A stretch of DNA of 64,000 bases from the NCBI RefSeq assembly GCF_001194135.2, contig NC_068989.1, positions 25,323,295-25,387,294 on the forward strand, given 5' to 3'. A model generated the notes under the pieces. That model ran no database searches, was not told where the DNA came from, and worked only from the letters and a program-made list of their open reading frames with translations. Of the stretch, positions 1-11,876 are shown piece by piece. A program made the position numbers and the translations under genes. The first letter of the stretch is position 1. Every line of letters begins with the position of its first letter. This stretch comes from Octopus bimaculoides (taxonomy: Eukaryota).

Positions 1-345
1 AAGGAAATTGATTATTATCAATCATGATCTAGAAACGCGTCTACTGTTAAACATCGGAATTGGTTAGTTTTCATTGTTTTTTCTTCTTGTTTTTGCCTTT
101 GTGAGTTACAAGTGATGCTATCTGTGGGATTCTCAGCTTTTTTAGCTGCTATTTCTGAACTTCGGTATATGGTGAAGCAAATATTTGCTGATCCCTTAAT
201 TATATTTATAAATATATATGAGCTTTTAAATAAGTTCTCCACCAATAATGGTGCTTTCATACCGATGGGCTTGGTAAAAATTGTTAATTGTTAATTGATT
301 TATTAATTAATAAATTGATAATCCTTTACCCTTTTAATTTGTAAT
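1..345 (+). mobile_element. Penelope-like terminal-repeat (pLTR) fragment with 3' half of a hammerhead-like motif
   Basis: Hairpin attgat-tatt-atcaat (7-22) followed by GAAACGCGTC (32-41), the palindromic stem III/cleavage context of minimal Penelope hammerheads. The reverse complement of 100-340 resembles 7750-7910 (aagggta..attgat..aatcaattaa; ga(t/c)cagcaaa; agaaatag). Abuts (TA)n. Confidence 0.45.
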
Positions 346-404
346 AATTATATATATATATATATATATAAAACACTAATATTAGGGATAAAAATCCAGG
401 TTTA

Positions 405-437
<33 letters not shown>

Positions 438-440
438 ATA

Positions 441-1315
441 GAGGGTGTTTCAAAAAGTTTCATATCATTTGAAATGTAAATACCATAAATACTCCATAGT
501 CAAAGGAAATGAAACTAAACAGGCTTAATGTTGAGTGATATAAGTATTATTCCTCCAAATTTGAATGAGAAATTCAAAGGTATGTGGATTCCATGAATGA
601 CTTTACAAATGTTCAGTATGCGCACCACCTGAAACACGGCGCACATCAAGTCGGTAGTCCAGCTCCTCACAAACACGCTGCAGCATGTCTTGGGTAACAG
701 TCTCCAGTGCGGTAGTGATTCTCTGCTCGTGTTCCTCTAGCTTTGCAGGAACAGGTAGGAGGGGACATAGCCCCATCTTTGCGCTTTCGCTTGTCATCTG
801 CCATTATGGTCAGAACAAGCTGCAGCTTGTCGGGTTTCATTAGAAGCGTTTCCTCAGGACGCGCCAAGCTGTCGTTGGAGGAATTTGAGTTTCTATATTT
901 GTTCTTTTTATGGACTTCTTGGAGCTTCGCGAGAGTTTTTGGCGAGCCTGCTCCGTCGTCTCTTCCGATGTTCGTAGTCGTCCAGATCCCTTTGCCCTCC
1001 ACAGACAGCCTTCCTCTTTAAATTTTTTGTGCCATGTCCAAATCTGCATTGTCGTTGGTGACTTTTTAGAGAACTCTCTCACAAATGTACACTGTACAGT
1101 CTTGTTCCACTGTGTTCGAGCATGCTCCAACACACAAAACGTCTTTTGTTTTCCAGTGAATGCCATTTCTATACCTGAAAAGATAAACATATCGAACATT
1201 AAACATAAAATTTTGACCTGTTTCTACACATTCTGTTAAAACTTGAAGTTAATTGAACAAGAACAGGCGAAGTTACTAGGTTGCGAAATAATATCAAATT
1301 TTTTGAAATACCCTG
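441..1315 (-). mobile_element. Tc1/mariner-superfamily DNA transposon (DUF4817-type HTH), internally deleted, non-autonomous
   Basis: TIRs GAGGGTGTTTCAAAAAGTTTCATAT (441) and rc CAGGGTATTTCAAAAAATTTGATAT (1315), flanked by TA (439-440, 1316-1317). N-terminal HTH FTGKQKTFCVLEHART...WHKKFKEEGCL...KGSGR (840-1199) and C-terminus LEEHEQRITTALETVTQDMLQRVCEELDYRLDV...GGAHTEHL (603-797). Catalytic core missing. Confidence 0.9.
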
Positions 1316-1317
1316 TA

Positions 1318-1385
1318 TATCTGTATGTATGTATGTATGTATGTATGTATGTATGTATGTATGTATGTATGTATGTATATATATG
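1318..1385. repeat. (TATG)n microsatellite
   Basis: Direct reading of tandem tatg units. Confidence 0.95.
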
Positions 1386-1924
1386 CATATAACAATATCT
1401 TATACTCGTTTCAATTATCTATAATTGTCTAAATCTCTTGCAAGTAATTTGTAGGAATTCCCATTTCTTCTCTCTCATCATCCTCCTGTTCATCTGCACA
1501 TCTGAGCGTGATAAAGTATGACATAAAACTACGTCTAGCCTATTTTAATTAATTTGGTTCGGTTCGCAATTAACTTCAATATTTTTCTATTAATGCAAGC
1601 CTGATTTCAATCAATTTAGGTAACATCTAATGAAATGTTAATCCGTGGATTACCACAGCGAACTGCACAACGAATGCTCGTTTCAGTAAATTTGGTGTAG
1701 ATTTAAATTTACTAATTCAGTCCATTTAATAACTTTTAATTAATTTAATCTTGTTTTTCATCAACTCAGCATACTTCGAAAGAAGTATAATTCCATAGAT
1801 TTGATATTTTAACTAATTTAAATTTACTCGTAATAAGTATGTATGATGTAAACTAGCAAACAATATTTCAAATGTTTTCTAATTTCAATAATAGGCTAAA
1901 ATTTTCGAGGTATCATTGGAGTTA

Positions 1925-2078
1925 TAAAACGTTTATATTGACTCTAGTGCGTGACTGATACTTTACTGTATCGAGCTTAGAATGTAGAAAGACAAAGTCG
2001 ATCCCAACAGATTTTGAACTGAGAAGAAATACTTCAAGTCATTTAGTCAACGAGCTAACGTTTCTGCCAATCTACAAA
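1925..2078 (-). mobile_element. Degenerate tRNA-derived SINE (same family as 34915-35093)
   Basis: Shares aaagtcga..c..ca..gattttgaactgagaa and gctaacgtttctgcca with the clearer copy at 34915-35093. Confidence 0.5.
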
Positions 2079-2334
2079 CTTGAACAGTTCATACTTTATG
2101 AACTGTTCAACATACTTTATGCTTGGGCTGTTTTCTTTATGTTGATTAGTTTTTAATTATCTGCAAATTGGTTCATTGTACTGAGTTCTCAGTTCACTTT
2201 CATCATTCATCGTCTAATGTTACCGGCAATTATGCAAATACACGGCAAGTAAATCGTGTGAAAATATGAAATCAAACTTGATCGAAATGATAAAGCGTAA
2301 AGAGAGACATGTTCAAATATACGTGTGAGTGTTT

Positions 2335-2338
<4 letters not shown>

Positions 2339-2418
<80 letters not shown>
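2339..2418. repeat. (GT)n microsatellite
   Basis: Pure gt run. Confidence 0.97.
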
Positions 2419-2420
<2 letters not shown>

Positions 2421-2554
2421 TTTATGCATATATGTGTTTCAATTTTTCAGAAAATAACATTAGTTTCATTTCTATACATACATAAACACATACATACAAC
2501 TCTCTTCCCTTTCCATCTCCATCCACTATAGACTCACAGACTAACACTGCTATC

Positions 2555-3335
2555 TCAAGTTCTCCTCCTCCCATCCCATCGGCACCAAACTGTCCATCCG
2601 TTCCTCTCTGTGCCTCCGTCTCTGCTCGCTCTGTGGTGACGACTATGACTTCCAGACAGTTTCAAATCATGGTTAGCCACTTCACAAAACAGGGATACAC
2701 CAACCGTTATGCAAACCGTCCTCACGCTGCCCGATCTGTTGACTGTGCATCCGCTCTATTTCTCCGCATTCGCCCCACCTATGTCCCGCCTCCCTCACTT
2801 ACCACACTTAAACCCACCCCTCCAACGCACCATTCTTTTGGTTTTCCGCCCACTCCAACCCCACTACACTACCTCACGCATCTTCCTCAACTCACTCCTC
2901 TCCTCCTTCGAATCCGTCCATAATCCTCCGAACCCTTCGATAGCTTTTTCCCAACACCCGACCCGACCCAACCTGATTCTTTCCATTGCTCTCGTCCGTG
3001 CTGCGGCACCTTCTTCTACATCTCCAACACCACTATACTCACCGGCAACCACCACAACCATCACCGATTCATTCATCTGCACCTCTAGTAGTGTAATCTA
3101 CGGTATCTCCTGCTCTGTATCTTCTCCAGTACACCAGCAAAACATGTCTGGAACATCATGCTCGCAATGACACTCCAGTCTCATGTCATTTGCGTTCCAC
3201 CGACCATTTGCTATAACATATGTCTGTTAGCTGATTTTTCCTTGAACAGGGGTCACCCGGACTCTCGTCTCTGTTGAGTGCAGGAATTTATTTTCTCTCT
3301 TCATTCCTGAGTTAAGCATGGTCTCCCATCGTGTA
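2555..3335 (+). mobile_element. Penelope-like retroelement remnant (RT thumb + GIY-YIG endonuclease)
   Basis: SSSHPIGTKLSI...LCGDDYDFQT matches SSSHPSHTKRAIPYSQ...LCSRDEDFKT at 27.76 kb. ITDSFICTSSSVIYGISCSV (ORF 2709-3170) is the C-T-S-x-N-V-I-Y-x-I-x-C start of the GIY-YIG domain. C-rich composition; multiple frameshifts. Confidence 0.8.
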
Positions 3336-3339
3336 CCCG

Positions 3340-4320
3340 CCCCTACACACATTTACACACACCACACACCTGACACCTTCCATCACTCCTCCTCTTCTTC
3401 ACCCACACACTTTCTCTACACTGTTAAACTCAATATCTACACCACACACCAGTTTGACTCCACAAAATATATATAAACACCTACACACACTTATATGCAC
3501 ATGAGCGCGCGCACCCCCCCCCCCCCCNNNNNNNNNNNNNNNNNNNNNNNNNNNNNNNNNNNNNNNNNNNNNNNNNNNNNNACACACACACACACAAGGA
3601 CTCAACACCACTCAGGATCTATATCCCGTCGACCCTATTCCTCATCGCACCTCCATTGAAATCGACCCACACACTTACTCAGATAGCTTCATACACACAC
3701 ACACACACACACACAAGCGTCCTTACACACATTTACATGTGCACAAATACAGAATATTACACACATTTCAACTCCATATATACGCATACTTTATCCACCA
3801 CTCCCATATACACACCCCTGATAACAGGAGCACGCACACTCGGTCACGCATAAACATAACGTAATCTGCACACAACTGTGTCACACACACAAGCGCGCAA
3901 CAACTCACATGTACGAACACACGGTACTCAATCTAAGTGTACACTTTCGCTGCTACACAAATGCATTTTGCACATACACACACACACACTGATAGCCTTA
4001 CACACATACGTTACACAGCCTCACATAGTTTCACATATATACTCACGTCAACATATACGCACCTAAATACACGGGGCACTGAAAAACGCATCGTCCCACA
4101 CAGCGCACGTATTTGTTTATTTATACGCGCCTATACGTACACATACGTACACAAATACACACACGCACACACACACACGCTCACATAATCTTCATACTCA
4201 CGTACATGATTGCTCACACGTACATACGCACGTGCTCGCCATTACACAGAGTTATTTGCACATATTATCCTCACGTATACACATGCGTGCGCGCACAGGT
4301 TACTGTTGTCTCTCATTCCA
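3340..4320. repeat. CA-rich low-complexity/degenerate microsatellite tract (contains gap 3528-3581)
   Basis: Interspersed (CA)n, cata and cacg units; source of the HTHT-type ORFs. Confidence 0.85.
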
Positions 4321-4424
4321 CCACTACGTCCATCCTGTCAATTCAACATGCGAAACCGTTAATCCAGACACGTTTTTCTCTCTCTCTGTTTTCTTTTCTT
4401 CTTCCGTTATTTTCTCTCCTCATT

Positions 4425-4545
4425 CCTTTCTGTATAAGAGCATAGGTTCTAAATGTCCAAGAGTCTTCCATTTTTCCTGAGTGTCAAACTAATATACGTT
4501 GTTTGTTGTTCTCGCATCTATCCCTGTGTTAGGTCTTTGTTTTTT
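4425..4545 (+). mobile_element. Short Penelope pLTR-like dispersed repeat (family also at 30340, 48946, 63370)
   Basis: aagagcataggttctaaatgtc..gagtcttccatttttcctgagtgtcaaactaata..gtttgttgtt matches the rc of 48950-49075 (aagagggtaggctcgaaacgtaaaagatttttccatttttcccgagcgtcaaactaaaa..gtttgttgtt). Confidence 0.55.
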
Positions 4546-5060
4546 GTACATTTCGAATCACACAAACATGCACACATACACACATACGTATGTATGTATG
4601 TTTGTATGTATGTATGCGTAACAAATATATACATATATCAAAAATGCATAATTTGTGTGTGTGTGTGTGTAGGCGTGTGTGTTTGTAGAAATATTTTAAA
4701 ATTCATAACAATAAAACAAGTGTCATAATTTTTGAAAAAAGATTAAATGATTAAAAACTATAATAGTATTTAATTTTAAATTATTAAGTCTATCTACTCT
4801 ACATTCCAACCAGTTTGTGCTCATCCAGAATTCATCAAATGAAAATGGAAAAAAAGTAATTACAGCAAACAACATCTCCCCCTCACACACACACAAAAAA
4901 AAACATTCTTCTTTGGTGAAAGATTTGGACGTGGAGTACTCTGAAACACAGAATCCGAAATGACATCCATTTATTACCGTCACGTTAAGATGCCAAGATA
5001 CTGAATCCACAGTATTCCATTTTTTTTTTCAATAGAACTGTTTATGATATGACATACATA

Positions 5061-5965
5061 CGAGGGAGGGCTGAAAACTTCATAGGCTGACTATGAATGA
5101 GTGTTACTAGAGTGTGATGGATGACAGGCAATTGACTATAAATCAAGTAGCCAATGCTATTAGCATATCCCATATAAGATAGTCGTGGATATTCTGCACA
5201 ATGAATTTGGCATAACGAAGGTGCCTGCCACTTATTCTGACATTTGATTGAAAGAGAACATTACTGCTCCTATCATAGAAAAATATGACGTTGTTTGAGG
5301 CTGATTCAGCTTGTTTCTTTGAATATTTCTTTACCCAAGATGAGCGTTAGTTTCATCACTTTCAGCCAGAGACAGAGAGACTACCCATGCAGTAACAACA
5401 CTCCACCTCACTTGCTCCAAATAAAGCCAAAGCCATTTCACCTGCAGGGAAGATGATCGCTTCAGTTGTTTTGGATGCAAAAGGGATTATTATGTTCATT
5501 GACTCACTTCAAAGTATCCACACCATCAACGGAGAGTACTATACCTAAATACTGAGATAGTTATGAAAGCCTATCGAGGTCAGACGCCCAGGAAAACTGA
5601 AGCAAGGTGTCAAGTTTCATCAAGACTATGCTCCAGCACACAAGTCCTTGATTCCAATGGCCACTGTGCGTGACAGTAGCTATAAACAGGTTGATCAGCC
5701 TCCCTTTTCTACTGTCGTGGCCCCATCTGACAACTATCTGTTCCTCAACATAAAAAATCACTTGACCTGGAAGTACTGTCGCAGTAATGATGACGTCATA
5801 TTTCCTGTTGATGACTTACTTTTACCAACAGGACGAAAGCTTCATCACCAACGTGATCTAAGCGCTGCAACTCCGATGAAAGAAGTATGTGGACTGCAAG
5901 AGGGATTGTAGTTATATTTCATGAGACGATCATCCTCAATCTATGAACTTTTCAGCCAACTCTCG
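5061..5965 (+). mobile_element. mariner transposon (DD34D, irritans/Hsmar2-like), decayed, 5' HTH deleted
   Basis: TIRs CGAGGGAGGGCTGAAAACTTCATAG / rc CGAGAGTTGGCTGAAAAGTTCATAG with TA flanks (5059-60, 5966-67). Remnants VMDDRQLTINQVANAISIS, AGKMIASV.LDAKGII, FHQDYAPAHKS, PPFSTVVAPSDNYLF (HQDNAPAH and YSPDLAPSD motifs). Stops and frameshifts. Confidence 0.9.
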
Positions 5966-6119
5966 TACATGGAAATTAGTTTCTCTTCATACCGAGAATG
6001 AATGATTTACAATTCTATCCAAAACTCGTAAGAATCTCAAAATTTCTACAGACAAATTACATCATTGTTTATGCCTAATTTCTCATGGATTTGCTTTTGA
6101 ATGATCTTCATGAGTGCTG

Positions 6120-6810
6120 AACAGCATGGAAATCACGATTTGTGTTGTACCAATAGTCCGCCAACATATATATGTTTCATCTGCCTTGATACTTTTGTTT
6201 CATTGATTTTATATCGTGGTGGAAACTTCCTCCCTGCTCTTCATAAATGACAGTCAAATGTTCATATAATTTATAAAGGTGACTAGCTTTATGTTCATAT
6301 TTGCTCCCAAACTTTGAAAGTTTTCCAGCGTGTTGTCGAGTAATTTCAGTATAGTCGAATGTTTTACTTGTTGCCCATTTACAACCGTTGTGAATGAATT
6401 CCATGCTACAACTTCACTGAAACTCACTGAATTTGCTAAGTTCTCATCTTTCATCAATTATCTCATTTGAGGCCTAACAAATAGTCCAGCTTTTGTCCAC
6501 TACAACCGATATAGTGGAAGCTTGGTCCAAATTTATCCAGAGCTTTAACAACCTGTTTCATAATGCCAAGTTTGATATGAAGTGATGCTATGATGATTTT
6601 TCCTGGCTGAACTAAAGGCACTTCAAACACATTAAAAGACCCTGAAACTAATGCTCGTTGCAGCCATTTTTTGATCACACAAAGTATTTTCCCTGGTTCT
6701 GCTGTCCCATATGCATAAAAAGAATGATTATTTGGAGACAACAAAGTGTTCACTGTTGATCCAGTAAAAAAATCGACCATCTTGAAATCTACGCACATTT
6801 GTCACTGACA
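6120..6810 (-). mobile_element. DNA transposase remnant, probably Chapaev3-type (CMC; RAG1/Transib-related DDE)
   Basis: Collinear fragments MCVDFKMVDFF, KIIIASLHIKLGIMKQVVKALDK, MKDENLANSVSFSEVVAWNSF, LENFQSLGANMNIKL, YEEQGGSFHHDIKSMKQKYQGR. These match, from memory, the CVDLKM / PPLHIKLGLMKQFVKAL / DEQGERFHQDI..ME.RYQG motifs. Family name less certain than transposase status; no TIRs found. Confidence 0.65.
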
Positions 6811-7149
6811 ACTGGAGGATTGGGTATTTGAAATCTGGATGTAATGGGAAAAATAGATTCCACTTCTGGATATAAATCGGGTAAAAACGCTCCGATAACA
6901 AATTACCCGTTGGGTTGTGTAATCACAGAGAGACAATATATTATGAAATATAAAACCCGTTTGAAAGGCTGACAAATAATTTCTCAGAATTACATGAAGT
7001 ACACTAACATACAACGACGATGATTTCGGATAAATATATATGTATGTGCACGCACATATTCACGTAAATTTTTGGATAATAATATGTATCATTAATATAT
7101 ATGTGTATGTATGTAAGTGTCATTCTATGTTCTATGTAGACTATTAAAT

Positions 7150-7640
7150 CTTTCAGCATAACTTATTTCATATCTTGTGCTAGATTGCCACACGAAGTCC
7201 TTAAATATCTATGGTATGCCTGAAAGCAAATTTCATCAAACCATTCACTCTTTAAACTTCAGCCTCATTCTCATCTCTACTAATGTATCTATCTGATTCC
7301 CAATTCGGTATGTCAATTTTAATGGGTCTATAGTTGAAAAACCTTAACCCTTCACTTAAATTTCTGACTTAGGAATAACTTAGCTTGTTGTTTTAAAATA
7401 CCTTTCACCTAAACTCTTTAATGAACCACCTTTGTCCTGTAGCCTGATACCTCATACTCCATCCACCTACAACTATTTTATCTCTCTATATTTTCATTAC
7501 AGCAGCTAACCAATTTTCTAATTCTCTTTAATGAGCGCTTGAGCGCTTGAGTACTTGATGTGGATACGCAGTTGAAATGAAAGGTAGACAGATTTAATGT
7601 ATCCACCTGAAATACTACACCTCTTATTCGTCTTTTAATT
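7150..7640 (+). mobile_element. Probable Penelope-like 3' end with degenerate hammerhead-like motif
   Basis: cttgat + GTGGATAC(7560-67)...GTATCCAC(7599-7606) + ctGAAA. Orientation and protein content are only weakly readable. Confidence 0.35.
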
Positions 7641-7836
7641 TTTCTAAAAATTCTAAAAGTATTACGGCATTTTTAATGTTATTGTACATTTCCATACATT
7701 ATTTACGTGAATTGTTAACCGCTCTTCAGTGTATATATATGTATATGTATAATAATAAGGGTAGGAATTGATATTAATCAATTAAAACCAGTGGTCTAGC
7801 ATATTTAAAAAAATCCGAAGATTAAAGTTATATTAC

Positions 7837-8015
7837 ATACAAAAATAAGAGGAATGACCAGCAAAAGTGGATTCCTATATGCTAGAAATAGATGCCGAAT
7901 CATCTAACCATGAAGAAGTTTTACTGAGAACATATTCTTTGTGGTTAGGTGATTCGGCATCTATTTCTAGCATATAGGAATCCACTTTTGCTGGTCATTT
8001 CTCTTATTTTTGTAT
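7837..8015. repeat. 74-bp inverted repeat (arms 7837-7910 / 7942-8015, 31-nt spacer)
   Basis: atacaaaaataagaggaatgaccagc...gaatcatctaacca versus its reverse complement, with 2 mismatches. Confidence 0.95.
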
Positions 8016-8334
8016 ATATATGTATGTGTGTGTGTGTGTGTATATATANNNNNNNNNNNNNNNNNNNNNNNNNNNNNNNNNNNNNNNNNNNNNNNNNNNN
8101 NNNNNNNNNNNNNNNNNNNNNNNNNNNNNNNNNNNNNNNNNNNNNNNNNNNNNNNNNNNNNNNNNNNNNNNNNNNNNNNNNNNNNNNNNNNNNNNNNNNN
8201 NNNNNNNNNNNNNNNNNNNNNNNNNNNNNNNNNNNNNNNNNNNNNNNNNNNNNNNNNNNNNNNNNNNNNNNNNNNTATATATATAAATATATATATATAC
8301 ATGTATACATAAGGCAGTGTGAAATGTCTATGAC

Positions 8335-8700
8335 ATTTATAAACTCTTTCAGGGATATAAAGGATATTCCTTCATCACAGACGATATGAGAAATATTAAG
8401 GGGAAATAAGAGAATAAAAATAAAAAATAAAAATATTTTAATTTTTATTCTCTTATTTCTCTTTATACTTCTAATATCTCTCCCTTTCCAAAATACCTTC
8501 TTATATTGAACTCTACAATTTCCCTCTGTTTAACTCTCTTATATCTTCTCTAATGAAGAGATATCCGTCATATCCATGAAACAGCTTCAAGACTACCTTT
8601 CTCTATATAAATGTCCTAGAACCTTCATACTGCTTTGGCTTTGTTGTCTCATTCTATTTAACATATACATCACTCAAACTATAATAGAACAGGTAGTCTA
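8335..8700. mobile_element. Penelope pLTR-like region with two oppositely oriented hammerhead-like motifs
   Basis: Minus 8341-8380: gtgatga-aggaatatcctttatatccct-gaaa. Plus 8550-8592: ctaatga-agagatatccgtcatatccat-gaaacagcttc. Both have a substitution in the CUGAUGA box. Confidence 0.45.
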
Positions 8701-11472
8701 ACTACGTCCTTCCGTAGCACTTACATAGCCTTACCTGCCATTTTGGGACTTCTGGATGCCAAAACCTCTCATATATATATATATATCAATTATTAATATC
8801 TATCTATCTATATATATGGATAATATGTGTGTGCATGTGCGTGTGTATGTGTATGCATGCGTGCGTGCGTGTGCGTGTGTGTGTGTCTATAGAGCCAAAC
8901 CTGTATTCAATTGTTCCAAATATAGCATATTGTGTTTGTTTTTTTTTGTTCTTCACAATTTGGATAATTTAATTCCTTTTAATCTTTTCCTATTTTGGTT
9001 CGGAATATAGCAAAATAATTATAGTAATTGGAATCTCTTCCTGTCTATGTATTCTTTGATTTACTCGTTTCCTTATTTTTCCCACAAATCTAGAGAATAA
9101 TTAATCTCGCAGCCAGCAATTTTTCAAATTAATGTTATGCTAGTACTGCGCCCGTTCATATTGAATAAATGCGGATGCGTGTGCGCGTACGACAGCATGA
9201 CTGCTAATCGTAGAATGATGAACAAATGCCAGTGCATGAGGACTTCTCACATACGCACACTTATACAGACACACAGACACACACACAAACACGCATACAC
9301 ATATGCACTTATTGTATATTTAAGATGATTATGTGAGCGTTCTGGGAAATTCGAGTGGGCATGCGTATGTTTATCTTTTGTGAAGATTTCTAAAGCAATA
9401 TTTCAGAATATTTGTATTCAGTATAACAGAATACATTTTTCAAATTCATTCCAATATTATTTTATTATATTATCAGTATTGTTTTCAGAAATGTTCTTCC
9501 ATTTACAATTTCAAAGATAAATTTCCCTGCCAAGATTAAAACTATATACACAGCTGTCAGTTATATTTTATATGTAAATTCAGTGGAGCATGCATCGCTC
9601 GCTAATGCTGAAATAATGATACTAAGCCAACAAACGGTATAATCTTTACTTAATGAACAGACATGTCAGAGAAAATCGAATATTGTCCAGGGATATTGTT
9701 GATTAGGATCATGCGAATTAATGAAAATAGATTTAATAGGAATTAATCTTCACGCACAAACACAACAAAAAGAATGCATGTAGTCGTTAGTTCACACACG
9801 TATGTGAAGATTTAATTTCTAGCAATTAGTTTTCTTTGTTGTTGAATACTTCAGAAAAAATTCTTATTATAGGTGTTTGTTTATGCTTTGTCTTTAATTG
9901 TTTTTTTTTTGTTTGTTTTGTTTAACAATTTGTTCGTTTGATATTGTGTATGTGTTATCATAATTATAATTTCAGAATTTTTTAATCTTACATCTAAATT
10001 GGTTTACGTGGTTTGCCTCTAATGTCTTTGTGTCATAAGATTTTGATTAAGAAAATGGCACTGGACGCAATTCTCTCTACTGGATTTAATTTTGTTTTCC
10101 AAGTTCAAATTCTTCCCGATTCAATTTTACATTTGATAATTGCTACAAATATGAGGCTGCATCAATTCATAGCATCTTACGTAAAGCAGTATGCATGTGA
10201 TAATCTAATTTCCGCTGTACAAAATGAGATAAAGGATTCATATTCTACGGTACATGAATATTTTACTACAGAATAAATGGAGATGAAGTGAACGGTACCG
10301 TTAAGTTTTAGGTGATAGAAATTCATTTATCACACTAATGTCTTAAGGAAAATCAGAAATGATCGGACTCTTTTGTGGATTAGTCTGGATAAAGGGCAGT
10401 TGCCACAAACTTGAAACCCATCTTACTTTATTTGATAAACACGATACAGATTATGATTCTCTTTATCATATATAGGTGTAAATTTGCACAAATATACAGG
10501 CCAACAGTAATAAAGCAAGGATCTATTGGCTTGTGATGGTTCTGTAGTGGCGTTACAGAAAAGTGTGAGACGAAGAAAAATGAGAGATGGGTCGCGTAGT
10601 ATACAATTAGTTTAGAGGAGCAAAGGTTGTTATAGACGAAACAGAAGAAACAAAGTGAAGAAAGAATGTACCTGTATGTCAAATGTCTAATCTCATTAAT
10701 GCAAAAAGTTGTCATCATGTTGGAAAATCACCAGACGAAAAACAGAGAGGCGTGGTGAAATCTCCCAATTAGACTTAGAATGATTAATTTTAAACACTGT
10801 AAGAGGGAGTGAGATATAAACTATTTTTCGTATATCTGCGTTTTTTTTAAAAATAATAATAAAATGCAACACAGCAGCGAAAATGTAATGTCTCAAGAGG
10901 TTAAGCAGGAATGAAATATGATATCTACTGAAGTGGCAACTAGAAGGTCATTCATCCAAAGGAAAAAAATCTAAAGAGTTCATGATAGTACTATGAGGGA
11001 CACTCAACTTGAAACGGTGTAAATGGATGGGAAAAAGGGAGAAAGGGTGTGAGAGAGAGAAACAGAGTGAGAGAGAAATAGAGAGAGAGAAGGTAAGAAA
11101 GAGAGAAAGAGAGAGAGTTGTGACCCTATCCTGCTGTCTGACACAACAAATCAATGATAAGACGCTTAAGTCTATGAGAGGAAAACATTACTAGATGTTT
11201 TTTCAAACTATAGTAAGGATAAATGTGCTATGGAATGGATTTTGCAAAATTTCGAAGCGGCGTAGGATCGTTTAGAGTTGGTTCAAGAGAGACGGTAGCG
11301 CAATACTTCAGGACACGCACAAAGCAAAATGCTTAAAACAATATAAATGACTGTTAACGAATGTTTCAGATATGCTTTACCTTTTAAAAATGTACTGGAT
11401 AGTTCAATAGAAAGCATATTTATATAACTTGCTCTTCTCAGTATCTCTTCATGCGACCAGTATAACATAACT

Positions 11473-11876
11473 AGGAGTGGCTGTGTGGTAAGTAGCTTGC
11501 TTACCAACCACATGGTTCTGGGTTCAGTCCCACTGTGTGGCACCTTGGGCAAGTGTCTTCTACTATAGCCTCGGGCCGACCAAAAGCCTTGTGAGTGGAT
11601 TTGGTAGACGGAAACTGAAAGAAGCCCGTCGTATATATGTATATATATATGTATGTGTTTGTGTGTCTGTGTTTGTCCTCCCAACATCGCTTGACAACCG
11701 ATGGTGGTGTGTTTATGTCCCCGTAACTTAGCGGTTCCGCAAAAAAGACCGATAGAATAAGTACTAGGCTTCCAAGAAATAAGTCCTGGGGTCGATTTGC
11801 TCGACTAAAAGGCGGTGCTCCAGCATGGCCGCAGTCAAATGACTGAAACAAGTAAAAGAGTAAAAGAGTAAAAGAG
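11473..11876 (+). mobile_element. tRNA-derived SINE (CORE-like central motif), near full length
   Basis: A-box-like TGGCTGTGTGG, B-box-like GGTTCAGTCCC, CORE-like ccttgggcaagtgtctt, internal TA/TG run, and tandem (gtaaaaga)n tail at 11852-11876. Confidence 0.85.

Noticed and set aside
10535-10770. Protein-looking stretch DGSVVALQKSVRRRKMRDGSRSIQLVLEEQRLL*..MYLYVKCLISLMQK
   Set aside because: In-frame stops, no recognisable family, and no convincing splice sites.
11473-11540. tRNA-like A/B boxes (also 35009-35093)
   Set aside because: No cloverleaf; they continue into SINE bodies with multiple degenerate copies, so they are not tRNA genes.
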